A stretch of 64,000 nt of DNA from assembly GCA_965219385.1 (NCBI GenBank), contig CBDCNM010000001.1:980631-1044630 (forward strand). Direction: 5' to 3'. Below are positions 1 to 9,853 of the stretch, one piece after another. Each line of letters begins with the position of its first letter. Positions within the stretch are counted from its first letter, which is position 1. The stretch comes from Candidatus Latescibacterota bacterium (lineage in GTDB: Bacteria; Latescibacterota; UBA2968; UBA8231). The notes beneath the pieces were generated by a model. That model saw only the letters and a program-made list of their open reading frames with translations. It ran no database searches and was not told where the DNA came from. The position numbers and the translations under genes were made by a program.

Positions 1-12
1 GGAACTCGTGAG

Positions 13-1029
13 GTGGAGTGCCTCCACTGGAGCGAGGCTTATCCCATTACCCCGAAAGAACACGGGATGGCCTACCTGATGGACCATCGTCATTTATGGC
101 TCCGGTCCACGCGGCCCCATGCCATTTTACGGGTCCGCAGCGAAGTGATCAAAGCCTGCAGGGACTTTATGGATGAGAGGGGGTTTACCTTGGCGGATGC
201 GCCTATTTTTACCCCGGCTGCCTGTGAAGGGACCACCACACTTTTCGAAACCGATTACTTTGGCGAAAAAGCCTATTTGACTCAGAGCGGTCAACTGTAT
301 ATGGAAGCGGCGGCTATGGCCTTTGGTAAGGTCTATTGTTTGGGTCCAACTTTCCGCTCGGAAAAGTCAAAGACCCGCAGACATCTGACCGAGTTCTGGA
401 TGATCGAGCCGGAAATGGCTTATTGCGATCTGGCTGGAGATATGGATCTGGCCGAAGATATGGTGGCCTATATCGTGGAGCGGGCGCTGGAGAACAGACA
501 GGAAGAATTAAAAACCCTGGAGCGGGATACCAGCAAGCTGGAAAGGATCCAAAAGCCTTTTCCCAGAATTTCTTATCAACAAGCTATTGGTATTTTGCAT
601 GAGGAGGGGAGTGATATTCAGTGGGGTTGGGACCTTGGAGGTGACGACGAGACCATTGTTTCGCAGCAGTATGAATCTCCTGTTCTGGTGCACCGCTACC
701 CCCTTGAGGTCAAGGCCTTTTACATGAAAGAAGATCCACAGGATCCAAGACTAGCACTTTGTATGGACATGCTCGCGCCCGAGGGGTATGGAGAGATCAT
801 CGGGGGGGGGCAACGCGAGGACGATCTGGTGGTCCTGGAAAAGAAGATTCAGGCCCATGAACTTCCCCAAGAAGCCTTTGAGTGGTACCTTGATCTTCGG
901 CGTTATGGGAGCGTGCCGCACGCCGGTTTTGGCATGGGTATTGAGAGGGTGGTGACCTGGATCTGTGGCCTCCACCACGTGCGTGAGACCATTCCATTCC
1001 CACGAACCTTACAGAGGTTGTATCCATGA
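13..1029 (+). CDS. asnS: Asparagine--tRNA ligase (5' partial, runs off window)
   Basis: Class II aaRS motifs [41 protein letters not shown]-terminal OB fold missing. Confidence 0.93.
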   Translation: MECLHWSEAYPITPKEHGMAYLMDHRHLWLRSTRPHAILRVRSEVIKACRDFMDERGFTLADAPIFTPAACEGTTTLFETDYFGEKAYLTQSGQLYMEAAAMAFGKVYCLGPTFRSEKSKTRRHLTEFWMIEPEMAYCDLAGDMDLAEDMVAYIVERALENRQEELKTLERDTSKLERIQKPFPRISYQQAIGILHEEGSDIQWGWDLGGDDETIVSQQYESPVLVHRYPLEVKAFYMKEDPQDPRLALCMDMLAPEGYGEIIGGGQREDDLVVLEKKIQAHELPQEAFEWYLDLRRYGSVPHAGFGMGIERVVTWICGLHHVRETIPFPRTLQRLYP

Positions 1030-1063
1030 CAATTTTCCGTCAGATCGTCAGATTGAAGAAAAT

Positions 1064-1091
1064 ATGCCGTATAATATATTTTACGTAAATA
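1064..1091 (+). other. dif-like Xer recombination site 1
   Basis: ATGCCGTATAA-TATATT-TTACGTAAATA: 11-6-11 layout with ATAA/TTAY core resembling E. coli and B. subtilis dif. Confidence 0.7.
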
Positions 1092-1100
1092 TCTAACACC

Positions 1101-1329
1101 TCAAGCAAAACGCTTCATTCCAGCCATCTGCCTAACCGCCAACGAATCAGCAAGCGAAATAACGACTGCGTCGGACTCCTGGCCGTTCAGCAATAGCTCC
1201 GTTTCCTGTACTCGCAGCCGCAGGATGGTACGAAGGCTGAGCGCGAATTTGGGACGGTCGGGCTCAGCCTGTTGCCACGTGCCTACCAGTTCGTCGGCGT
1301 GTGCGTTCGCGTTGGGTAGGAGTCCTCAT
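1101..1329 (-). pseudogene. Possible small frameshifted ORF divergent from the recombinase
   Basis: GAAAGGAG SD then ATG at 1329 gives only 21 aa; removing 1 nt joins a 74-codon open frame (GLLPNANAHADELVGTWQ...MKRFA*). Confidence 0.35.
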
Positions 1330-1353
1330 CAGTGCGGGCTCCTTTCAAATTTG

Positions 1354-1381
1354 ACTAATGATAATTACCCTTCTAGTTAGT
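1354..1381. other. Quasi-palindromic tyrosine-recombinase-type site upstream of recombinase
   Basis: ACTAATGATAA-TTACCC-TTCTAGTTAGT; arms 8/11 self-complementary around a 6-bp spacer. Confidence 0.5.
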
Positions 1382-1477
1382 TAAATCAATATCTTGTTGA
1401 TGACAAAATTACTGGTTATGGCTATATTTAAAGTCCCTGGCACAGACTCCTCTTTTTCAGCGTTGAGAATTTCTAGC

Positions 1478-2422
1478 ATGGAAAACTTGCCTGTTGCATC
1501 ATCGGATCGCACGACACTAATTCGCACCGGTCCACTCGAACAATTTCTCGCCGGACAATTGAGCGAAAGCACCAGACGGGCCTACTTGGCCGACCTTTGC
1601 CGTTTTTTTGGCACTGATGATATTCAGCTGGACGATATCCGCTCGGTAACCTTTCAAGATGTCATTGAGTTCCGCAACCAGCTGGCCAGCCAAGGTTACA
1701 AACGCACGACCATCAACCGCAAGTTGTCCAGCCTGAAAGCCTTTTTTAAAATGATGGTCGCAACCGGCCTCATTGACAAAAACCCAGCGGATTCCACTCT
1801 GGTTCGTGGTTACAAGGTCGAGGATGCCCTGACCGGAAAAGCCATAGCCAACCAAGCGCTCAAACAGATCCTCAAGACCATCTCAGAAGAAAAAAACAGA
1901 CTGGCGCAAGCCCGTGATACGGCGATTGTTCATTTTTTGACCTTTGGCGGTCTGCGCCGTTCGGAAGTTGCCAATATAGCCTGGGATGATATCCGACCAG
2001 AAGGCGTTTTCTACCTTCTCAACCTCCCGCAGACCAAGTCCGGCGTTCCCCAGGAGATCAAACTACAACCAGTTGTCATCCACTACATGAATCTGTACCG
2101 CGAAACCCTTCTCGAAAACGGCTATACAGCACAAGGCAAAGCCTTCATAAGTCTTGCGCGCAATCAGTCGCACGGCAAGCCTCTGACGGATCAGTCGATT
2201 AACCTGATGGTTAAAAAATACGCCTTAAAAGCCGGTGTGCCCCACAACATTACCGCACATATGTTCCGTCATACCTGCTGCACGCTGGCTATTGAAGGCG
2301 GCGCCAAGCCTCAGCAGGTCCAGGCCCACTTGCGCCACAAAGACCTGAAAACAACCATGCGCTATTATGAGAACCGGGAAAAATTGACGGATAATGCGTC
2401 TGACTATATAAATTTGGGATGA
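1478..2422 (+). CDS. XerC/XerD-like tyrosine recombinase
   Basis: Catalytic R (GLRRSE), K (QTKSG), HxxR (HMFRH), H (LRHKD) and Y (TTMRY); SAM-like N-domain (TRRAYLADL, TINRKLSSLKAFF); ATG 1478 chosen over ORF start 1394. Confidence 0.92.
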   Translation: MENLPVASSDRTTLIRTGPLEQFLAGQLSESTRRAYLADLCRFFGTDDIQLDDIRSVTFQDVIEFRNQLASQGYKRTTINRKLSSLKAFFKMMVATGLIDKNPADSTLVRGYKVEDALTGKAIANQALKQILKTISEEKNRLAQARDTAIVHFLTFGGLRRSEVANIAWDDIRPEGVFYLLNLPQTKSGVPQEIKLQPVVIHYMNLYRETLLENGYTAQGKAFISLARNQSHGKPLTDQSINLMVKKYALKAGVPHNITAHMFRHTCCTLAIEGGAKPQQVQAHLRHKDLKTTMRYYENREKLTDNASDYINLG

Positions 2423-2446
2423 TTATTTGGAATTTTTTGCTGGATA

Positions 2447-2474
2447 AAGTTACATAAAAAATTTTATGCGGCAT
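2447..2474 (-). other. dif-like Xer recombination site 2
   Basis: Minus strand ATGCCGCATAA-AATTTT-TTATGTAACTT; arms 10/11 and 8/11 identical to site 1, inverted. Confidence 0.72.
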
Positions 2475-2489
2475 TATTATTTAAAAACC

Positions 2490-4274
2490 TCAAATCCGGC
2501 CAAACATCCGATCCAGCTCTGTCAATAGAATCTTCACAATGATCGGCCTCCCGTGAGGACAGACAAAAGGCTCCCTGGCTTTTAATAACCGCTCGATCAG
2601 TACCTGCATATCCTTTGAGGAAAGTTTCTCACCGGCTCGGATGGAGGTGTGACAGGCATAGGAAGCTGCCATGGCCTCTTGCAGGGTGTTCCTGATTTGT
2701 TTTTCCTCCAGAAGCTCATTGATAATTTTGCTGAAAACTTCACCTTCCCCCCAATCCTTCATTTCCACTGGGATGGATTCCACCAGGATGGTCCCAGGGC
2801 CAAATTCGCGCACGCCGAACCCAAGCCCTTTGAACAATCCCAGTGCCTCTCGCACCACTTCCATCTCCACTGAATCGAGATTTAACGTCAAGGGAAAGAG
2901 CAATTGTTGGGAGGCTGTGGCTTCGGCCTGGAATTGATCCAGGGCATCTTCAAAGCGGATGCGTTCATGGGCCACATGCTGGTCAATAATAAGGATTCCA
3001 TCCTTGATCGGCGCAATGATGTACTTGTTGTGCACCTGCCAGATAGCTGGGGCCTCCTCGAGATCCTCAAGCGCCGATTCCCCTACCTCATTCTTTTCTC
3101 CTGATTTGATGAGCTCTTCGGTGGCGGGCTTTGAAGGGGCCAGCAGGGACAAGGACAACTGATCCGTAGACTGGGCCTTCACCAGTTGAGGGCCCTTGTT
3201 TACCGACTCACCACTAGAAAAAAGAGATGAAGGCGATTCACCAACTTTTAATGGCTGAAATTCAGCCTCTGCGCCATACTTGAAAGAGGCGACCTCAGGC
3301 ATTTCCAGGGCCTTTCTAACGGCGGCTTGAATCACTTCACCCACACGTTTTTCGTCGGCAAAGCGGACCTCGCGCTTGGTAGGGTGAACATTGACATCGA
3401 TTTGCCTTGGGTCGAGGTTCAACCAGACAACAAATGAGGGGTGTTTATCCACAAGCAACCCACCGTAACCCCTGTAAACGGCCTGAATCAGGCCTTTGGA
3501 ATATACCGGCCGCCCCCTTACGATTAGAAACTGTTTGCCCCTGGAACGGCGACAGTGCGCCGGGCTGGATACAAAGACCTTGACTTCAATGCCCTCTTCA
3601 TCCAGTTCGGCTTCGTGCAATTCTTTAGAATCCACCCCCAACAAATCCCCTGCCCTTTCACGCCTTCCTCCGGGCAGCAGATTGAGGATGGTCCTGTCCT
3701 GATGCACCAAGCCAAATCCGACCCTGGGATGGGCTGCCGCCAACTGGACCATACTCTGGGTTATATAACGGGTTTCCGTTTCGACGTGGCGCAGGAACTT
3801 CCTGCGAGCCGGGGTATTAAAAAAAATATTCCGCACCGAGATGGTAGTCCCCACCGCACGTGAGGCGGCCTTCAGTTCGCGCCGGATCCCCCCCTCGATA
3901 ACCAGGTAGGTACCTTGGGCTTCTTCAGCCGGCCGGGTCTCTATGGTCATACGCGAAACAGCACCAATACTGGCCAGGGCTTCCCCCCTGAATCCCAAGG
4001 TAGAAATGCCAAATAAATCCGAGGGAGAATCCATCTTGCTGGTCGCATGTCGTTCAACCGAAAGAACCGCATCTTCGCGCACCATGCCCACTCCATCATC
4101 CACCACGGTTATAGCCTGCCTACCCCCGGCTTTCACCTCTACGCGCACCCTATTAGCCATTGCATCCAAAGCATTTTCGACCAGTTCCTTAACAACCGAA
4201 GCAGGTCGCTCAATAACTTCCCCAGCGGCTATCTTTTGTATGATATTGTCCGACAAAACCTGTATTTTAGCCAT
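2490..4274 (-). CDS. mutL: DNA mismatch repair endonuclease MutL
   Basis: IAAGEVIERPASVVKELVEN, GFRGEAL, DQHVAHER, CPHGRP. Confidence 0.97.
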   Translation of the reverse strand: MAKIQVLSDNIIQKIAAGEVIERPASVVKELVENALDAMANRVRVEVKAGGRQAITVVDDGVGMVREDAVLSVERHATSKMDSPSDLFGISTLGFRGEALASIGAVSRMTIETRPAEEAQGTYLVIEGGIRRELKAASRAVGTTISVRNIFFNTPARRKFLRHVETETRYITQSMVQLAAAHPRVGFGLVHQDRTILNLLPGGRRERAGDLLGVDSKELHEAELDEEGIEVKVFVSSPAHCRRSRGKQFLIVRGRPVYSKGLIQAVYRGYGGLLVDKHPSFVVWLNLDPRQIDVNVHPTKREVRFADEKRVGEVIQAAVRKALEMPEVASFKYGAEAEFQPLKVGESPSSLFSSGESVNKGPQLVKAQSTDQLSLSLLAPSKPATEELIKSGEKNEVGESALEDLEEAPAIWQVHNKYIIAPIKDGILIIDQHVAHERIRFEDALDQFQAEATASQQLLFPLTLNLDSVEMEVVREALGLFKGLGFGVREFGPGTILVESIPVEMKDWGEGEVFSKIINELLEEKQIRNTLQEAMAASYACHTSIRAGEKLSSKDMQVLIERLLKAREPFVCPHGRPIIVKILLTELDRMFGRI

Positions 4275-4306
4275 GGTTCAATGATTATACCAATATACCC
4301 TCTGCT

Positions 4307-4879
4307 TCACATTTCAGCCCAGAGGGCCTCACGCGCTTTTTCATAGTCTTCCAGACTGATTCTTCCTTCGCGAAACTCTTTTTCCAGCTCTTGCAGGCGC
4401 CGGCGAGGAGATCCAATTCCCTTCCGATCTTTTTGAACCTGGCTCCATAAATGCCAAAGCCCCAACCCGAACAGACCGGCTACGAAACCAACCCCGGCCA
4501 GTTCCTTACTTGTTATATCCTCACTGTCTTCATAGCCGACGGTAATGCCCTGGGACCTCCAGTAACTCACTTGTTCGGGCGGAATCTCCTGATTGCCCTG
4601 AAGAACAATAGCCTGGGTTGTCACCTCTCTGTCCTCATGGGTTAACTGAACCGGTTCTTTCAACTGGCAATTCAACCCAAATGGGGTGATCGTAATATGC
4701 TTGAGCCGACCCTCGGTACTGAAGCCTTGGAATTGCTCAGCAGTCACGGGGATTTCGGGCGAGTTGAGAAAATTCAAACCCAAAACAATAAAGAGCAATC
4801 CACCTGCCAGGGCCAATGAAAACTTTACTGGGGAACCAGAAGTATGCCCATCTTCTTTTTTACTATTCAATTCTAACAT
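4307..4879 (-). CDS. Hypothetical membrane protein (two TM helices, short C-terminal SHOCT-like helix)
   Basis: Two hydrophobic segments; C-terminal GRISLEDYEKAREAL. Confidence 0.6.
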   Translation of the reverse strand: MLELNSKKEDGHTSGSPVKFSLALAGGLLFIVLGLNFLNSPEIPVTAEQFQGFSTEGRLKHITITPFGLNCQLKEPVQLTHEDREVTTQAIVLQGNQEIPPEQVSYWRSQGITVGYEDSEDITSKELAGVGFVAGLFGLGLWHLWSQVQKDRKGIGSPRRRLQELEKEFREGRISLEDYEKAREALWAEM

Positions 4880-5777
4880 CTTTTCTCAGGACCTCTCTAT
4901 TATGCCGGGCGGATTGTTGAATCCAGTCGTGAAAAAAATGGGCTGAAACAGCTTCATCCCCGCCAAAAATGGGTGCCTGGCCAAACCGTATAACATCTCC
5001 AAAGTCCCTGTACTGCGCTTCCAAGCCTTCAGAAGACTTCAATTGATTTTGCTTGAACTCCACGGATCCATGGCTTCCGTAGAGCTGAATTATCGCCTCT
5101 TCTTGCTCGCCAAGCCCGTTCACCTGAAAAACGGCTTCCAAACCATCTTTGAATCTTAACTGAGCTACCATCACATCTTCAACCGGTCGATTGAATCCCA
5201 GGCTCTGCGACCGAGCGAAGATTGAATCGATTTCCCCAAAATACTCTAAAATCAAACATATATAGTTAAAACCGTGCAGCAAAACTACCCCTTCCCGCTC
5301 GTTCTCAGTCCACTTCTGCGGCAAGGATACCCTCAGGTCAAAAAACAAAAGCGATCCAATCTCTCTTTCCCTTAAAATACGGCGAATAGTTGTACCGAAA
5401 GACGAAAACAGAACATCGGCCACTACAGCAAGTCGGGCTCTTGATTGGCCGCACCGGGAGACAATTGTCCGTGCCTGCCGGCATGTTCGAGCCAAGGGCG
5501 AATTGCACAGGATATGTTTACCGGCTCGAATTGCTTCTTTGAACCAGAATTCGCTCTCCGATAAGGGAGTACAGAGGACGATCCCTTTTACTTCAGGATT
5601 GTTTATAGCCTCCGAATAATCCGTGGTGTCCGGAGACTGTGGAAACACTGGTTGGAGATCCTCAAATACCTTGATGACCTCAAATTCACCCAGGTTTTCC
5701 AGAGCAGATAAATGCATAGGCAAATTGCATCTTCCCAGAATGGCCAATCCACCTCCCATATCCTTGCTCATACCCAA
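4863..5777 (-). CDS. Divergent Gfo/Idh/MocA-family oxidoreductase
   Basis: DYSEAINNPEVKGIVLCTP...AIRAGKHILCNSPLA pattern. Confidence 0.65.
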   Translation of the reverse strand: MGMSKDMGGGLAILGRCNLPMHLSALENLGEFEVIKVFEDLQPVFPQSPDTTDYSEAINNPEVKGIVLCTPLSESEFWFKEAIRAGKHILCNSPLARTCRQARTIVSRCGQSRARLAVVADVLFSSFGTTIRRILREREIGSLLFFDLRVSLPQKWTENEREGVVLLHGFNYICLILEYFGEIDSIFARSQSLGFNRPVEDVMVAQLRFKDGLEAVFQVNGLGEQEEAIIQLYGSHGSVEFKQNQLKSSEGLEAQYRDFGDVIRFGQAPIFGGDEAVSAHFFHDWIQQSARHNREVLRKDVRIE

Positions 5778-5868
5778 AAATCCTTCGAATGATACGGGGG
5801 AAAAATATAATAGGGTGAAAATTATTCCTGTTGAATTTCGTCTTTGGGTTCCTCTGGTTAAGGAGGGC

Positions 5869-6807
5869 TCAAATGGTTTTTTGTTTTATACTTTGAGCCA
5901 ATCGTCCATTAAATTCACGGGCTGGATAGTATCCATCTAGGCGCAGCAAATGATTGTGAGCGATGGTTTCCGCAATAACGGTAATATTCTTACCCGGAAA
6001 CAGCGGAACGGTTATCTCTCGGATATCTACCCCCAGAATGGTATGGACGGTATCTTCCAGGCCTATTCGCTCATATTCGGCATCTTCGTCCCAGTCCACC
6101 AATTTCACCATGACTTCTACCCGTTTTTGTCGGCGGATTCCCCTGATTCCAAACATCTTCTTCACATTAATCACGCCAAGACCTCGAATCTCCATATGAT
6201 CCTGTAAAATATCCGGACAATCCCCCATGAGCAGTCCCTGGGGCTTCCGCTTAATGATCACGGTATCGTCCGCCACCAGTCGATGCCCTCTCTCCACAAG
6301 ATCCAGCCCCACTTCGCTTTTGCCTATTCCACTACGTCCGGTAAAAAGTAAACCAATCCCATGGACGTCTATCAAGGTGCCGTGGACGGTTACTTCAGGG
6401 GCAAAAAACTCTCCCAGATAAAAATGTAAAAGGTGAATAAACTTAGTGGTCCCAAATTCCGATCTGAGCAAGGGTATCCGGTACTGGTCTGACAGGTCTT
6501 TTAAATCCGAGATCAACCTCCCAGTCCCCGTCACGACCACACAAGGAAGTTCAAACTGATAAACTATCTCAAGTGCTGCCCGCCGTCGTTCCCTGGATAG
6601 GCTGCGAAGATACGCGATTTCATGGTTGCCCAAAACATGCACCCTGTTTATGGTGAATACTTCGACAAAGCCGGTCAAAGCCAGGGCTGGGCGTTGTATA
6701 TCGCTGCTGTTAATGGTGCGATCCAGGCCCTCTTCACCCGCGCTCAGCCGCAGTCCCAAATGCTTTCCATAGGTCTTTAGAAAGGTGCGAATCGAAATCT
6801 CTTTCAC
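5869..6807 (-). CDS. hprK: HPr(Ser) kinase/phosphorylase
   Basis: GRSGIGKSE Walker A, GHRLVADD, MEIRGLGVIN; start GTG 6807 inferred. Confidence 0.95.
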   Translation of the reverse strand: MKEISIRTFLKTYGKHLGLRLSAGEEGLDRTINSSDIQRPALALTGFVEVFTINRVHVLGNHEIAYLRSLSRERRRAALEIVYQFELPCVVVTGTGRLISDLKDLSDQYRIPLLRSEFGTTKFIHLLHFYLGEFFAPEVTVHGTLIDVHGIGLLFTGRSGIGKSEVGLDLVERGHRLVADDTVIIKRKPQGLLMGDCPDILQDHMEIRGLGVINVKKMFGIRGIRRQKRVEVMVKLVDWDEDAEYERIGLEDTVHTILGVDIREITVPLFPGKNITVIAETIAHNHLLRLDGYYPAREFNGRLAQSIKQKTI

Positions 6808-6811
6808 GTCT

Positions 6812-7711
6812 TTAAACCATGTTTTCCACGATGCGCCTATAGCCATCGTATCTTATTGGGGCAATTTCACCGCGCTCTACGGCCTCCCTCACCGCACATC
6901 CTGGCTCGTGTAGATGCACACAATCCCTAAATTGGCAATGCAACACCAAAGGGGCCATTTCCGCAAAATACTCGACCAGAGTGGAACGTTCTACTTGCCA
7001 AAGTCGCAGCTTTTTAATGCCGGGCGTGTCCGCTACAGAGCCCCTGGATTCTTTCAAAGGGTACAATCGCACCGCAGCCGTGGTGTGGCGACCTCGATCG
7101 TGTCTTAACATCAGGGATTTGGTCTTAATGGAAAGATCGGGATCAATTCTGTTCAACAGAGTCGATTTCCCGACACCGGAGTATCCAATGAGAACCGAAA
7201 CCCGGTCTTTGAGCACCTCCTTGAATTCATCTAAACCCACGCCCGTCTTGGCGCTGGTATAGTATACCTTGTAGCCAAGGTCCAGATAAACCTTGCCTAC
7301 CGGCTGAACCAGGTGTTCTGGATCCAGATCAACCTTGTTAATACAAATAATGGGTTCCACATCCCCCTTGTGCGCCATGACCACCGCCCGGTCGATGAAA
7401 CCCACTCGCAAAGCAGGACTGGAAGTTGCTACTACAATAATTAGTTGATCGAGGTTAACGGCTACGATTTGTTCGTAGGGCTTTGATCCACTGGCGGCGC
7501 GAGAAAACTTGGAATACCTGGGATATACCTTGTCAATAACCCCGCCCTCAGGAGAGGTGGGTTCGATTTCAACCCAGTCTCCCACGATCACAGGTGCACT
7601 ACTGGTGCGCTTACCGGCTTTAACGCGCCCCCGGAGCTGACATACCCACTGAACATCACTCACCTCTACCAGGCATTGTAATCCAGATACTCGAATTACA
7701 CGTCCCTTCAT
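6812..7711 (-). CDS. rsgA: Ribosome small subunit-dependent GTPase A
   Basis: NKVD, GYSGVGKSTL, GRHTT, DTPG, CQFRDCVHLHEPGCAV. Confidence 0.96.
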   Translation of the reverse strand: MKGRVIRVSGLQCLVEVSDVQWVCQLRGRVKAGKRTSSAPVIVGDWVEIEPTSPEGGVIDKVYPRYSKFSRAASGSKPYEQIVAVNLDQLIIVVATSSPALRVGFIDRAVVMAHKGDVEPIICINKVDLDPEHLVQPVGKVYLDLGYKVYYTSAKTGVGLDEFKEVLKDRVSVLIGYSGVGKSTLLNRIDPDLSIKTKSLMLRHDRGRHTTAAVRLYPLKESRGSVADTPGIKKLRLWQVERSTLVEYFAEMAPLVLHCQFRDCVHLHEPGCAVREAVERGEIAPIRYDGYRRIVENMV

Positions 7712-7724
7712 GGAAACCCCTGGC

Positions 7725-8447
7725 TCACTCCCCCCAGGCCAGGCGTTCAGCTGTATAGGGAGGCCACCCGGCTTGAAGTATTTTTTCCTGAGTTTGTTTG
7801 ATAGGATACTCTACCCGCAACAATTCAACATATTGACGCTCGAGATCCCATAGGGCAAAAGCGGCTCTCCAGTCGCCATCTCTGGGCTGACCTACACTGC
7901 CGGGATTAACCAGGTATTGATGATGACTAACAGCTACTTTCGAAGAAGTCAATGGCACCACTTGTCCCTGCATCTTGCAATAGATGGCCGGGTAGTGCGT
8001 ATGCCCAATAAAACTCATCCGCCAATCAAGACGCTCCATACACCAGGCCACCTGATCGTAGAGGAAAAGAGGTTCCCATTCTTCTGGTTTGATGGGATTG
8101 GCATGAGCAAAGGCGCCACCGAATTCAACTCTGCGATAAGCAAATGACCGAAGATATTCGATTTCATTGGGGGATAGGAAATCGCGGGATCTCAAAATGG
8201 TATCTCGAGCAAGAGAGTTTAGAGATTTCAAATGCCGTGTGTCCACCATGGCCTGCTCGTGATTGCCCAGAATGCACACGGCCTCAACCTCTTGCAGACG
8301 GTTGAGACAAGCGACTGGATCTACCCCGTACCCCACGGCGTCACCAAGAGAGAAAAAACGTTCAGCCCCTGCTTTTTGGGCAGCGATTAAAGCGGTTTCA
8401 AGGGCTTCTAAATTGGCATGGATATCGGCTAGCAGCGCAAGTTTCAT
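7725..8447 (-). CDS. Metallophosphoesterase
   Basis: DIHAN, LGDAVGYG, GNHE, GHTH, NPGSVGQPRDG. Confidence 0.9.
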   Translation of the reverse strand: MKLALLADIHANLEALETALIAAQKAGAERFFSLGDAVGYGVDPVACLNRLQEVEAVCILGNHEQAMVDTRHLKSLNSLARDTILRSRDFLSPNEIEYLRSFAYRRVEFGGAFAHANPIKPEEWEPLFLYDQVAWCMERLDWRMSFIGHTHYPAIYCKMQGQVVPLTSSKVAVSHHQYLVNPGSVGQPRDGDWRAAFALWDLERQYVELLRVEYPIKQTQEKILQAGWPPYTAERLAWGE

Positions 8448-8485
8448 ACCGGGTTCCCCGCTCTCCTTCTTTTTCGCAAAATCGG

Positions 8486-9424
8486 TCAGGTAAAAAGCGC
8501 GCTGATTGAGGTTTCCTGATGGATTGCCTTGATGGCGCTGGCAAAAAGCGGTGCGACCGAACACACCTGTATCTTGGAGTTTCTGCTACCTGGCGTTAGA
8601 GGAATCGTATCCGTAATTGCAAGACATTCGAGGGCTGAGTCGTTTATGTGGTTTGCCGCATCTCCGGCCAGAGTTCCGTGTACACATCCGGCATAAATCT
8701 TGCTACATCCCCCCTCTCGGACGGCCCGAGTCCCGTCAAATATTGATTCTCCTGTGATAATTTCATCATCAAAAAAAATCACATCCCTGCCTTTTACATC
8801 GCCTATGACCCCATGTACCCGCATCTGTCCATCAAGCCCCCGCCGCTTGTCAATCACGACGAGGGGCAATCCCAATCGTTTGGCATACGATTCAGCAACC
8901 TTGGCACGGCCGATATCCGGGGCGGCGGCAACACAATTTTGGAGGTCCACTCTGGAATAATAAGCGCAAATGTTGGGAACGCCACTCAATTGATCCACCG
9001 GCATTCTACAAAAACCCATGATCTGCGGACTGTGCAGACTCATGGTCAAGATGCGATCAGTCCCAGCCTCGTTGAGCAGATCGGCCATCAAGCGACCCGC
9101 AACGGAAATGCGGGGTTCGTCCTTGCTGTCGGACAAAGCATAGGGATAATAGGGTAAAACCGCGGTAATCCGTCCGGCTGAGGCATACTTTAGAGCATCC
9201 AGGGCAATGAGGAGTTCCATCAGATATTCACTCACCGGGGGGCATGAAGTCTGGATGAAAAACACATCGCACCCACGCACATTCTCGCATATTTTAACCT
9301 TGATATTCTCGTTGCTGAAACGCACAAATTCAATCTGGCCCAGCTCCAACTCTAAAGCCTCACAAATACCCCGCGCCAGTGGCCGGTTGCTCTGACCAGC
9401 AAAAACCTTAAGGGGTCCGCTCAT
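8486..9424 (-). CDS. prs: Ribose-phosphate pyrophosphokinase, paralogue 1 (divergent)
   Basis: ENVRGCDVFFIQT, RITAVLPYYPY, DKRR, DDEIITG. Confidence 0.88.
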   Translation of the reverse strand: MSGPLKVFAGQSNRPLARGICEALELELGQIEFVRFSNENIKVKICENVRGCDVFFIQTSCPPVSEYLMELLIALDALKYASAGRITAVLPYYPYALSDSKDEPRISVAGRLMADLLNEAGTDRILTMSLHSPQIMGFCRMPVDQLSGVPNICAYYSRVDLQNCVAAAPDIGRAKVAESYAKRLGLPLVVIDKRRGLDGQMRVHGVIGDVKGRDVIFFDDEIITGESIFDGTRAVREGGCSKIYAGCVHGTLAGDAANHINDSALECLAITDTIPLTPGSRNSKIQVCSVAPLFASAIKAIHQETSISALFT

Positions 9425-9520
9425 CTTTACATTCTATTCTTTTCCTAAGTGGCTAGCCCCAGAGTTATATTGGACACACGATAAGCCCTATATTTTAGGG
9501 TCGAAAGGAGGGTGTCCCTC

Positions 9521-9853
9521 ATGAGCCAAAGACAGAAGTCTGGTAAAGAAAACGGCCGGTTTTCGGCCAAGCGTAAAAGCGAAGCGGTGCTTCGCCTGTT
9601 GCGGGGTGAAGATCTGGATCTGCTGTCGCGCGAATACCAGGTGACGGCCACAAAATTGAGCCAGTGGCGCGACGCCTTTTTAGCAGCGGGCCAAGCCGGG
9701 CTGCAGAAAAGCGCCTCCGATGCGCCCGATGGCCAGGTCGAAAAGCTGCAAGCTAAAGTCGGTGAATTGACGATGGCCAATGATTTACTGGAGCATAAAA
9801 TCGAGCGGCTGGAGCAAGGGCTCCCTTTACCAGCGCGGCGGTCGAAGCCATGA
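9521..9853 (+). CDS. IS3 OrfA (HTH transposase subunit)
   Basis: RFSAKRKSEAVLRLLRGEDL; stop overlaps orfB start (ATGA). Confidence 0.85.
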   Translation: MSQRQKSGKENGRFSAKRKSEAVLRLLRGEDLDLLSREYQVTATKLSQWRDAFLAAGQAGLQKSASDAPDGQVEKLQAKVGELTMANDLLEHKIERLEQGLPLPARRSKP

